A DNA stretch of 64,000 bases, from NCBI GenBank assembly GCA_045615665.1, contig JAZLFJ010000028.1:16145-80144 (forward strand), read 5' to 3'. Positions 1 through 8,935 of the stretch are shown here, piece by piece; position 1 is the stretch's first letter, and the number at the start of each line of letters is the position of its first letter. The DNA comes from Bacilli bacterium. GTDB lineage: Bacteria > Bacillota_I > Bacilli_A > RFN20 > CAG-826. The position numbers and the translations under genes are program-made. The notes beneath the pieces are model-generated. The model ran no database searches and had not been told where the DNA came from. It saw nothing but the letters and a program-made list of their open reading frames with translations.

Positions 1-276
1 AAAGAATATCTCGCAAAAGGATTGCCTGTATTATCCGATACAATGTTGGATGTATTCGTTGATAATCCGAAATATTTCTTTTATCAGCTGAAAGAAAGTT
101 TTAATATAAATGAGTTGATATCATTCTATGATTATGTCTATTTAAAGCATGATAAAATGCAGGTAATCAATGACATTAGGAGATTTGCGGATAAAACGTG
201 TAATATGTACAAAGTGTTTGAGATTGTTAATAACGATTATCTCACGCAATTAGCAAATATTGAGGTCAAAAAATGA
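1..276 (+). CDS. Glycosyltransferase, C-terminal fragment (probably GT4/GT-B fold), 5' truncated by window edge
   Basis: Frame 1 is open from base 1: KEYLAKGLPVLS matches the E-Y-x-A-x-G-x-P-V motif of GT4 enzymes; stop overlaps next ATG (ATGA); polysaccharide locus context. Confidence 0.6.
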   Translation, partial: KEYLAKGLPVLSDTMLDVFVDNPKYFFYQLKESFNINELISFYDYVYLKHDKMQVINDIRRFADKTCNMYKVFEIVNNDYLTQLANIEVKK

Positions 277-1460
277 AAATACAATTAATGAACGTCCAGA
301 GACAACACAGCAAACATAAAAATGAGTACGAATCGGCCGTTTTAAATGTTTTGCGTAGTGGAAATTATATTGGTGGCCAAGAAGTAGTTCTATTTGAAAA
401 TGAATTTGCACAATATATGGGCGCTAAATATGGTGTTTCTTGTGGAAATGGCACCGATGCAATCGTTATCGCATTAAGAGCTTTGGGTATCGGGCCAGGA
501 GATGAAGTTATTACTTCTGCATGGTCTTTTTTTGCTACCGCCGAAAGTATTGCTGCGGTTGGTGCAACCCCAGTTTTTGTAGATATTGATAAAAATACTT
601 ATTGTATAGACCCAAACAAAATCGAAATCGCAATTACTTCTAGAACAAAGGCTGTTTTGCCCGTTCATTTATACGGCAATAGTTGTGACATGGATTCTCT
701 TAGAAGAATTTGCAAAAAACATAATTTGCTATTAATTGCCGATTGTGCTCAGTCTGCCGGCACTAGATTAAATGGCAGCAGAAAAGAGACATTGGGTGAT
801 GTTTCGTGTTTTTCATTCTTTCCAACAAAAAATCTTGGTTGTGATGGGGATGGTGGAATAATTTTAACAGACGACGAAAGAATAGCTGAGACTTGCAGAT
901 CCTTACGTGTTCATGGATCTGGCAAAGATGGGCTAAGAGCACTCAAGTCAGAGTACGAACGAAAAAATATTACATTTCCTGAAGATATGCCGACCGGTGA
1001 TACAAAATACTTTAATTATTTTGTTGGATATAATTCTAGATTGGATGCGATACAAGCTGCTATTTTGAGGAAGAAATTAATATATCTCGATGAATTTGTC
1101 GAAAAAAGAAGGCACAATGCCGATATATTTAACAAATCTTTTTGTGGTACTGGTCTTACAACTCCGTTTTCTGGCGATAATTGTCAGCATTCTTATTATA
1201 TTTATGCTTTAAAACATGAAAAAGCCAATGAATTTATTAACTTGCTACAAGAACGAGGAATAGCTAGTGGCGTTTATTATCCTGTTCCGCTTCATTTGCA
1301 GGGAGCATTTTATAAACTCGGTTATAAGAAAGGTGATTTTCCTGTAACAGAAGAAGCTTGTAAATCTACTTTTGTATTACCTGTTTTTCCAGAACTTTAT
1401 GACAACGAAAGAGAATACATTATTCGAAATGTTCTACAAATCTTGGAGATTTTAAAATGA
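273..1460 (+). CDS. DegT/DnrJ/EryC1/StrS PLP-dependent sugar aminotransferase (WbpE/WlbC-like)
   Basis: GNGTDA, ADCAQSAG, FSFFPTKNLG (PLP lysine), GYNSRLD, LPVFPEL motifs. Confidence 0.93.
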   Translation: MKIQLMNVQRQHSKHKNEYESAVLNVLRSGNYIGGQEVVLFENEFAQYMGAKYGVSCGNGTDAIVIALRALGIGPGDEVITSAWSFFATAESIAAVGATPVFVDIDKNTYCIDPNKIEIAITSRTKAVLPVHLYGNSCDMDSLRRICKKHNLLLIADCAQSAGTRLNGSRKETLGDVSCFSFFPTKNLGCDGDGGIILTDDERIAETCRSLRVHGSGKDGLRALKSEYERKNITFPEDMPTGDTKYFNYFVGYNSRLDAIQAAILRKKLIYLDEFVEKRRHNADIFNKSFCGTGLTTPFSGDNCQHSYYIYALKHEKANEFINLLQERGIASGVYYPVPLHLQGAFYKLGYKKGDFPVTEEACKSTFVLPVFPELYDNEREYIIRNVLQILEILK

Positions 1461-2533
1461 AATATGCATTGATAGGCTGCGGCAGAATTGCCGTAAATCA
1501 CTTAAAAGCTGTATTCAACAATGATTTAGATTTGGTTGCACTTTGCGATTTAAAAAAAGATCATATCAACAATCTCACAAAACAATTCAATATCATCAAC
1601 ATTTGTGAATATTTGGATTACAAAAAAATGATAATTGAACATCCAGAAATCGAATTGGTTGCGATTGCTACTGACAGTGGGGTTCATGCCGAAATCGCAC
1701 TTTTTTGCTTGGAAAACGGCAAACATGTCATAGTTGAAAAACCAATTGCATTATCAATGGATGATGCTGATAAAATGATTGATTTGGCTATCAAAAAGAA
1801 CTTAAAACTTTGCGTTTGTCATCAAAACAGGTTTAATGAAGCTGTTAAAAAAGCGAAACAAGCTCTTGATGATGGAAGATATGGCAAACTATCTCACGGC
1901 GCAATTAATGTTAGATGGGCAAGAGATAAAAAATATTATGATCAGGCTTCATGGAGAGGCAAATGGCTTTCTGATGGTGGAGCACTAATGAACCAATGCA
2001 TTCATGGTATTGATTTGTTTCGTTGGTTTTTCGGCAACGAAATTGAAGAAATTTATGGTGTAACAAGACGACAATTTCATGATTATTTAGAGTGTGAAGA
2101 TGTTGGCATGGCTGTTGTCAAATTTAAAAATGGTGCAATAGGAACAGTGGAAGGAACAGTTAATGTTTATCCAAAAAATTTAGAGGAAACTCTCACCATT
2201 TTCGGGGAAAATGCCACTGTAAAGATTGGTGGAACATCCTGCAATAACATAGATATATGGGATTTTAAATCTGAAAATAAGGACGATTCAGCAACAAAGT
2301 TTTTGCATGAACAAACTGCCAATGTTTACGGAAACGGTCACACCTTGCTTTACAAAGATATGATCGAGTCAATCAAATGCAATAGAAATCCATATGTTGA
2401 TGGAAAAGCAGGAAAAAATGCTTTGGAAGTTGTTTTAGCAATTTACAAAAGCCAACTTACTGGAAAGCCAGTGAAGATCCCTCTTAAACATTTTGGTGTT
2501 GATAAGATGATTGGAATTTTCGATAAGAGGTAA
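1457..2533 (+). CDS. Gfo/Idh/MocA NAD-dependent oxidoreductase (WbpB/WlbA-like sugar dehydrogenase)
   Basis: N-terminal Rossmann IGCGRIA, HVIVEKP, HQNRFN, GGALMNQCIHGID; translationally coupled to the aminotransferase. Confidence 0.9.
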   Translation: MKYALIGCGRIAVNHLKAVFNNDLDLVALCDLKKDHINNLTKQFNIINICEYLDYKKMIIEHPEIELVAIATDSGVHAEIALFCLENGKHVIVEKPIALSMDDADKMIDLAIKKNLKLCVCHQNRFNEAVKKAKQALDDGRYGKLSHGAINVRWARDKKYYDQASWRGKWLSDGGALMNQCIHGIDLFRWFFGNEIEEIYGVTRRQFHDYLECEDVGMAVVKFKNGAIGTVEGTVNVYPKNLEETLTIFGENATVKIGGTSCNNIDIWDFKSENKDDSATKFLHEQTANVYGNGHTLLYKDMIESIKCNRNPYVDGKAGKNALEVVLAIYKSQLTGKPVKIPLKHFGVDKMIGIFDKR

Positions 2534-2535
2534 AT

Positions 2536-3219
2536 ATGATGAAAAAATACGAACGTACAATTGGCTTCAAAACGATATTTTTGATTTTTGTAAGGCGTTT
2601 TGAATTTATTTTATTTACATTGATTCCAATTTCGTTGATTTTGGTCATTACAACGCAATTTGTTTTGCCAACTTCTTTTTACAGTACTTCTTCATTGAAA
2701 CACTACGATTCCGTAATAAAAGACAATGAATATAAAACTATTGTTAATTATGTAACGAGCAGTGGAACAGTTAATGGTGCAGTCAAAGAACTCGAAAACA
2801 ATAATGTTTATCACGCTAATGGCAGTTTAATTACGGTTAATGAGATTTCCACGGGTCTTTCTGTAAATCCACTTTCATATAATTCGACAGTCGTTACTAT
2901 AACTTTTGAATCATCTGACAAAACAATAGTAAAAGAAGTTTTGAATCGAGTTACGGCTTTTACATTAGATGGTCTAAAAAAAGATCCCTTAAAATCTTTG
3001 CATGAGTTTTCTATTGCTGAACAGGCAAATAATCCTGTTGAGAGCGATAAAAACAAGAAAACCCTAATATATGGTCTTTCTTTTGGCCTAGCAGTCTCAA
3101 TTTTTATTGCATTTTTTGCAGAGCTTTTACTTGATGATGTTTATGACAAAGGTGATATTGAAACACTAGGGGCATCTGGTTTTGAAATTAGTTTGCCTAA
3201 ATCAAGAAAGGACAAATAA
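2536..3219 (+). CDS. Wzz/CpsC-like polysaccharide co-polymerase membrane subunit
   Basis: Two TM segments flanking an extracellular loop; C-terminal DDVYDKGDIETLG like the CpsC/CapA tail; upstream of a CpsD-like gene. Confidence 0.7.
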   Translation: MMKKYERTIGFKTIFLIFVRRFEFILFTLIPISLILVITTQFVLPTSFYSTSSLKHYDSVIKDNEYKTIVNYVTSSGTVNGAVKELENNNVYHANGSLITVNEISTGLSVNPLSYNSTVVTITFESSDKTIVKEVLNRVTAFTLDGLKKDPLKSLHEFSIAEQANNPVESDKNKKTLIYGLSFGLAVSIFIAFFAELLLDDVYDKGDIETLGASGFEISLPKSRKDK

Positions 3220-3222
3220 TTT

Positions 3223-3816
3223 ATGTATTTTTTGAATTCAGCAAAAAAGGAAAAAGCGAGATTAAAAAAGTTCCTTAGCATCCAAGAGAGTGATAAAACT
3301 TTTGATGAATTAACTATGCTTCAAAACGAAATTAATACTCATGGTGATTCAAGTAGGATTATTATTGCCGGAATTAACGACGACTATTTAGCCGCAACTT
3401 TCTCAAAAGCTTTTGCAGACGCATATGTTTTAAAAGGCAAAAAAATTATTATTTTTGACGCCAATTTTTACGAACCACAGTTGGCACAATTGTTAAATAT
3501 TCAATCAAATAAAGTGGAAATGATTAATAAAAACGAATCTATTTTTTGTTTTGATCGAGATCCTTATCCAACAGAGAAAAATAAAATTGATTCTTTTTTA
3601 AAAACGATTAATTCAAAAGCGAAATCTTTTGACTATACGATTGTTGTAGCACCAAACACAGTTTCTCATAGAGATATATTACTTTTGGCTAGAAAAACCG
3701 ACCACATTTTGCTCGTCTCGAGAAGAGATGTTACTGAACGAAAAGCTATTTTTAACTCTTTAAAAATTTTTGAAGATTGTTCATACCCGACACCAGAAGT
3801 TATTGTTGTCAAATAG
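3223..3816 (+). CDS. CpsD/CapB-like BY-kinase homologue with degenerate catalytic motifs
   Basis: Layout GKKIIIFDANFYEP...FDYTIVVAP...D..LL....DHILLV follows CpsD, but Walker A GK[ST], Walker B Asp and the Tyr cluster are absent. Confidence 0.6.
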   Translation: MYFLNSAKKEKARLKKFLSIQESDKTFDELTMLQNEINTHGDSSRIIIAGINDDYLAATFSKAFADAYVLKGKKIIIFDANFYEPQLAQLLNIQSNKVEMINKNESIFCFDRDPYPTEKNKIDSFLKTINSKAKSFDYTIVVAPNTVSHRDILLLARKTDHILLVSRRDVTERKAIFNSLKIFEDCSYPTPEVIVVK

Positions 3817-3830
3817 AAGCTTATTCTCAC

Positions 3831-5555
3831 ATGAATGTTAAAGTAAGAAGATTTAAAATTTGTCGATGGATCTTTTTGACTTTTGCAATAATTTTGAATT
3901 CTTTTTTGATCGTTTATTCTTGTTTTGATAATAAAACAACAACAGAAATTGGCAGACCGTTTACCAATTTTTTTACTTCATTAATTAATACATTTACACA
4001 CAAGGAAATCGATAATGTTCCGCTACAAAGCATCAATGCTTCTTTTTCGTCTAAACAAAACCATCAATACAATTATTTGCCTGGTTACGAATTGAACGAA
4101 ATACCACTAGGTAGTGCCAAACAAATTGAATGTTCTTTTAATCCAGAAAATGCTACAAATAAGACAGTTAAATATGTTGCAAATCCTTCCGATAATGTTG
4201 TTTTAAATCAAAGTGGCTCAACTTTGTCAATCATTGGGTTAAAAGTGGGGGATTGCAGAATTACAGCAAAAAGCAATGATGGTAATTTTGAATCATCGGT
4301 TGACGTGAGAATTGTAGAAACTGTCGCACCTCAAGTTTATGATATTTCTTTGGAAAAAACAGAAATCGCAATAGGCACTACTCAAACGATCTCTTTTGAT
4401 ATAGATGGTGGGGTTTTAACCCATGATGAGCTTATAAATTTTAGATATTACGATACGAAAAAATTAACATATTTATCTAGCAACAATGATGTGGCAACAG
4501 TCGATACCAATGGAGTTATTCGACCTGTTTCAATTGGGTACTCAACTATTACGGTTTCTAATGGCGATTATTCAAAATCTGTTGATGTGTCTGTTGTTGC
4601 CGGCTCGTTACCCGATCCATATACAAATTTAAGAATAAATGGCAGCAATGTTTGCTATGCAAATGATATGATTCTTGACCAAAGGACAAAGAAGAACCAT
4701 TACCAACTAATACCATACGACGGAAATGTCGAACTAAAGCCAGACGATTTTATTTGGGCGTCTTCCAACGATTTACTGGCAAAAGTTGACAAACATGGAG
4801 TATTAAGAGGCTTCAGAAAGGTTTCGGATTCCGATGAAACCGCCACAATTACTGCTATTTCGAAGCTTACTGGTCAAACAACCTCTTTTGTTGTTATCGT
4901 TAAAGATCAACTTCCTAGTACAATGAATTTTTGCATTGTAACATCGGATAAACGGCAATGGGATAAGGATGAATATTCATTGACTGTTGGCGATGACATA
5001 AATCTAATTGTCACCTTCGATGTACAGGTTCCTTTCGACCATGTTGTTTTTAGCTCAAGCGATGATTCGATAATTGAAATAATAGATGAAGGAAATCAAG
5101 CAAAATTGATAGTTAAAAATGTTGGTACTTGCAATATTTCTGTTAAAACTACCTTAAACAATGACTTATTGGTTAGCTTCAAATGTGTAACCATTTCGTC
5201 TGGTGCGATTTCATCCAACGATATAGAAAGCGTTGGCGTGGTCGTAAGAAAGTCGATTGGACACGCTGCGATGTTCATGGCTGCTCAAATCTTTACATAT
5301 CTAACTCTTTATATGTTCTTCTACGATAAGAAATGGTGGTTCTATTCCTCAATCTCCTTAGGAGAAGGATTGTTTATTTCGGGTTTATCCGAACTAATTC
5401 AATTCTTTGTTCCATCAAGATCCGGTGCCTTCCTCGATGTTCTCATTGACTTCACTGGTGTTGTTGTAGGAGCGGCCCTAACCTTCCTTGGCATCTACAT
5501 TGTTAAGAAAATAAAAGAGAAGAAATCTCAAAAAGAAACAAGCAAAAATAACTAG
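3831..5555 (+). CDS. VanZ-family membrane protein with inserted Ig-like (Big_2-type) repeats
   Basis: N-terminal TM; repeats such as YLSSNNDVATVDTNGVI and WASSNDLLAKVDKHGVL; C-terminal RKSIGHAAMF...SELIQFFVPSRSGAFLDVLIDFTG VanZ motif. ATG at 3831 preferred over the track start 3777. Confidence 0.75.
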   Translation: MNVKVRRFKICRWIFLTFAIILNSFLIVYSCFDNKTTTEIGRPFTNFFTSLINTFTHKEIDNVPLQSINASFSSKQNHQYNYLPGYELNEIPLGSAKQIECSFNPENATNKTVKYVANPSDNVVLNQSGSTLSIIGLKVGDCRITAKSNDGNFESSVDVRIVETVAPQVYDISLEKTEIAIGTTQTISFDIDGGVLTHDELINFRYYDTKKLTYLSSNNDVATVDTNGVIRPVSIGYSTITVSNGDYSKSVDVSVVAGSLPDPYTNLRINGSNVCYANDMILDQRTKKNHYQLIPYDGNVELKPDDFIWASSNDLLAKVDKHGVLRGFRKVSDSDETATITAISKLTGQTTSFVVIVKDQLPSTMNFCIVTSDKRQWDKDEYSLTVGDDINLIVTFDVQVPFDHVVFSSSDDSIIEIIDEGNQAKLIVKNVGTCNISVKTTLNNDLLVSFKCVTISSGAISSNDIESVGVVVRKSIGHAAMFMAAQIFTYLTLYMFFYDKKWWFYSSISLGEGLFISGLSELIQFFVPSRSGAFLDVLIDFTGVVVGAALTFLGIYIVKKIKEKKSQKETSKNN

Positions 5556-5616
5556 TTTCATTTATACATACGTGTTTTTAGGTTAATATGTTAGAATTAA
5601 CTTGTTAACTTTTGAT

Positions 5617-7149
5617 ATGGAAGAAAAAAGTATAGATTATAGCTTCGAAGATGAACGAGATGAATTCGTTCCTTTAAAACAAGAAGATGAAAATCCTGAA
5701 GAATCGAAAAAGAAATCGGTTCTGAAATTTTTAATCTATTTTCTCATCATCATTGTTTTAACTGGTTTAGCGCTCTTCCTATCTTTATATAAAGATTATG
5801 AATCGGTCTTAAATGCTTTGAAACATTCTGATTGGAGATATCTTTTAATCATCTTCAGTATTGTTACGTTGACCTATCTAATTGAAGCCTTCACTGTATT
5901 TATATTCTCTAGACTATATACGAGGAAATATAAATATCATCAAGGTTTAGCGGCAGTCATGGTCAATGCCTTCTATAGTGATATCACTCCAGGAGCATCC
6001 GGAGGACAAATCATGGAAGCCTATACGATGAAGAAACAGGGTATGGAAGTTTCAACATCCGCGTCTATCTTAATCATGTCCTTCATCGTCTATCAAATCT
6101 GTTTAATTGTTATAGGAGCGATCGGTATTGTTTTCTCTAACGGCTTACTATCTTCAATCGCGACCTTTGATTTAAATATCAATGGAGTGATAATTCCTGT
6201 TCCTACCATTTTATTTACTATCCTAGGATTCTTATTAAATGTCATTGTTATCGTGATGTTATTTTTAATGTCATATTCACATAAGATTCATAACTTCGTC
6301 CTCCATAGAGGAATTAACTTCCTTGCCAAACTAAAATTAGTGAAAAACCCTGATGAAAAAAGAGAATCACTTCGTATTCAAGTTGAAAACTTTAAAATTG
6401 AACTTAGACGTTTAATATCTAATATTCCAGTCTTTGCTTTAATGATTGTATGTTGGTCAACTGTTTTAATTTTAAGGTTCTCCATTCCTTTCTGGGCGGG
6501 TCTTGCTCTTAATGGATATGGTTACTGCCTAAATAACGATGGTTCACTTATCTTAAAGACTGTTTTAGATAATAGAGGTCAAGTCATTGGAATCGCTCCA
6601 GTGATGTCCACTGGTGGACCAGATATTGGTTCCTTCTGGCAGGCCGTCTTCCTATCAAGTTATCACCAAATGGCAACCGGACTTGTTCCTATTCCAGGTG
6701 CCGCTGGTATATCTGAATACTTCTTCTCAACAATATTTTCTAAATATTATATTTCTAGCTACGTTACTACAGCCGCTCAAATTATTTGGAGATTTTCAAC
6801 CTTCCATATCGTCTTATTGGTCTCCGGTATTGTCGCTGCGACATATCGTAGCTCACCTAAGAATCAAGTTCATCACGCTAATAGAAGATCCTTTGTCACC
6901 TTGCAGTATCAAACCTATACTGAAAGAAAAGCGTCCGCTGATACGATGTATAGCACTTCCTCTTTAAGTGCGAAAGCCGTTCAAGAAAGACTTCGCTTCT
7001 TAAATAAGAAGGAAAATGAAGAAAAGAAAAAGAAAGAAAAACCACCTAAGAAGGTGAAAGAAAATAAACCTCCTAAGATTAAAAAGGAAAAGAAGAAAAA
7101 AACTAAACTAGAGGATTGGGACGAGATTCAAGCAGGAGACGATGAATAA
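5617..7149 (+). CDS. Lysylphosphatidylglycerol synthase TM-domain / UPF0104 flippase-like membrane protein
   Basis: Multiple TMs, ITPGASGGQ and PIPGAAGISEYFF motifs; Lys-rich C-terminal tail. Confidence 0.8.
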   Translation: MEEKSIDYSFEDERDEFVPLKQEDENPEESKKKSVLKFLIYFLIIIVLTGLALFLSLYKDYESVLNALKHSDWRYLLIIFSIVTLTYLIEAFTVFIFSRLYTRKYKYHQGLAAVMVNAFYSDITPGASGGQIMEAYTMKKQGMEVSTSASILIMSFIVYQICLIVIGAIGIVFSNGLLSSIATFDLNINGVIIPVPTILFTILGFLLNVIVIVMLFLMSYSHKIHNFVLHRGINFLAKLKLVKNPDEKRESLRIQVENFKIELRRLISNIPVFALMIVCWSTVLILRFSIPFWAGLALNGYGYCLNNDGSLILKTVLDNRGQVIGIAPVMSTGGPDIGSFWQAVFLSSYHQMATGLVPIPGAAGISEYFFSTIFSKYYISSYVTTAAQIIWRFSTFHIVLLVSGIVAATYRSSPKNQVHHANRRSFVTLQYQTYTERKASADTMYSTSSLSAKAVQERLRFLNKKENEEKKKKEKPPKKVKENKPPKIKKEKKKKTKLEDWDEIQAGDDE

Positions 7150-7925
7150 TGCCCATCTCTAAAATAGTTAAGAAACTTAAAATAGGAGAGAAGAAGGTAG
7201 TCATTGTTTTTTCTAATGATGAAAAGCTAGAGATCGCTCCTGATGTCTATACTGACTTTCATCTCTTTAAAGGAAAAGAAATCACTAATAAAGAGATTAA
7301 TGAAATCAAAAGAAGAAACGATTTAGATAAATATCTTAAATACGCTTTTAAGTTAACTTCTGAAAGAAATTATTCTAAACATCAAATAAAAGAGAAGCTT
7401 CTTAAAAAAGGAGCGAGTGAAGATCAAATTGAAGATATCATCGCTACACTAGTGAAATATAACCTCATCGATGATAAAGAACTTCTTAAAGAAGTCTTAG
7501 AATACGGCGATTATAAACATTATGGATTTAACCGCATCAAAGATGAATTATTTAAAAAAGGAATATCTTCTAAATATATTGATGAATTAGTTTATGATGA
7601 GACTAGAGAATATAAGCACGCGATGCTTTTACTCAAAGATTATGAAAAGAAATATGCTAAATATAATTACGCATCACTTAAGGAGCATATCTATCAAGCC
7701 TATCTTAGACAAGGCTACAATAGTGATATCGCTTCTAAATGTTTAGAAAAGATATCACCAATGGACATAAAGAAAGAAAAAGAACTTCTAAAAGAAGATT
7801 ATCAAAAATTAATCAAGAAATATCAAAATAAACTCCCTAAAGGAGAAATAAAAGAAAAGATTATTAATAGCCTATTAAATAAAGGTTATAGCTACAAATA
7901 TATTTTAGAGATAAAGGAGCAATAA
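7149..7925 (+). CDS. recX: RecX family regulatory protein
   Basis: Long Firmicute-type RecX: YAFKLTSERNYS..IKEKLLKKG, YNLIDD, GFNRIKDELFKKG, LLNKGYSY repeats. Confidence 0.8.
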   Translation: MPISKIVKKLKIGEKKVVIVFSNDEKLEIAPDVYTDFHLFKGKEITNKEINEIKRRNDLDKYLKYAFKLTSERNYSKHQIKEKLLKKGASEDQIEDIIATLVKYNLIDDKELLKEVLEYGDYKHYGFNRIKDELFKKGISSKYIDELVYDETREYKHAMLLLKDYEKKYAKYNYASLKEHIYQAYLRQGYNSDIASKCLEKISPMDIKKEKELLKEDYQKLIKKYQNKLPKGEIKEKIINSLLNKGYSYKYILEIKEQ

Positions 7926-7927
7926 AA

Positions 7928-8872
7928 ATGAAATGGATTAAAGAATTCTTAGATGGTGAAAGAATCATCGGACAACTCTTAGTGGTAAGCGCGACTAAAG
8001 GGGTCACCGAAAAAGGCATGAATTATATTAATGTCACCTTCCAAGATAAATCAGGAACTTTGGATGCTAAAAAGTGGGACGCCAGCGATGAAGATTTGCA
8101 AATCTTAGTACCAGGCACTGTTGTAAATGTCGATGGAAGAATCAATGTCTATAAAGGTGCAAACCAAATGAAGATAAATGAAGTGAGCAAAGTCACCGAT
8201 TTATCCGAAATTGATTTATCAAGCTTCCAAAGAGTATCACCGATACCTTTAGAATTAATGAAAAAGAAATTAGATGCTTATTTAAATTCATTTACTGATA
8301 AAGATGTTGAAGTAATCACTAGAGCAGTCATTTCTCATTTCTATGATAAATATATAACCTATCCTGCTGCGGTAAAGATTCATCATGAATTCGGTAGTGG
8401 AATCATCCACCATTCTCTTACAATGGCAGATCTTGCCGAAGATATCGCGAAACGTTATCCAGAAGTTGATCGAGATATCCTTGTCGCAGGTGCGCTTATG
8501 CACGATATAGGTAAAACCATTGAATATGAAAATCCTTTGATGCCCGCTCAAACAACTGAAGGTAAATTATGTGGACATATCGCTATTATGTACGCGGAAT
8601 TTAAAAAGATTGTGGATGATTTAAATATCAAATCTGAAGTCCCAATCTTACTTGAACATATGATATTAGCCCACCATGGCAAGCTCGAATGGGGTTCACC
8701 AGTCGCTCCTGCTACTAGAGAAGCATGGTTACTATCTCAAATCGATTTGATTGATTCTCACCTTATGGTGCTCTCAAAAGCCCTTGATCCAATCGAAGAA
8801 GGTAGTTTCACACCAAGATTATGGGTTATGGATGATGTGAGCTTCTATAAGCCTAAAAATCGCAAAAAATAG
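7928..8872 (+). CDS. yhaM: 3'-5' exoribonuclease YhaM/Cbf1 (OB fold + HD domain)
   Basis: QDKSGTLDAKKW OB fold; HHEFGSGIIHHS, LMHDIGK, ILAHHGKLEWGSP motifs. Confidence 0.9.
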   Translation: MKWIKEFLDGERIIGQLLVVSATKGVTEKGMNYINVTFQDKSGTLDAKKWDASDEDLQILVPGTVVNVDGRINVYKGANQMKINEVSKVTDLSEIDLSSFQRVSPIPLELMKKKLDAYLNSFTDKDVEVITRAVISHFYDKYITYPAAVKIHHEFGSGIIHHSLTMADLAEDIAKRYPEVDRDILVAGALMHDIGKTIEYENPLMPAQTTEGKLCGHIAIMYAEFKKIVDDLNIKSEVPILLEHMILAHHGKLEWGSPVAPATREAWLLSQIDLIDSHLMVLSKALDPIEEGSFTPRLWVMDDVSFYKPKNRKK

Positions 8873-8886
8873 GATGTTAAAGAAAT

Positions 8887-8915
8887 AGACAAGGTGACGA
8901 ACCTTGTCTTTTCTT
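8887..8915. terminator. Bidirectional intrinsic terminator between convergent yhaM and abiEii
   Basis: agacaagg-tgacgaa-ccttgtct stem followed by tttctt; A-rich 5' flank. Confidence 0.7.
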
Positions 8916-8935
8916 ATATTTATACTAAATATCGC

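Noticed and set aside
3205-3230. Programmed frameshift fusing the CpsC-like and CpsD-like ORFs into a Wzc-type protein
   Set aside because: A clean stop followed by a new ATG matches the normal split Gram-positive CpsC/CpsD organisation; no slippery site is evident
7009-7110. Lys/Glu/Pro low-complexity run (also the acidic run in rpoE, 50590-50750)
   Set aside because: In-frame compositional bias of protein tails, not a DNA tandem repeat; the acidic tail is normal for the delta subunit
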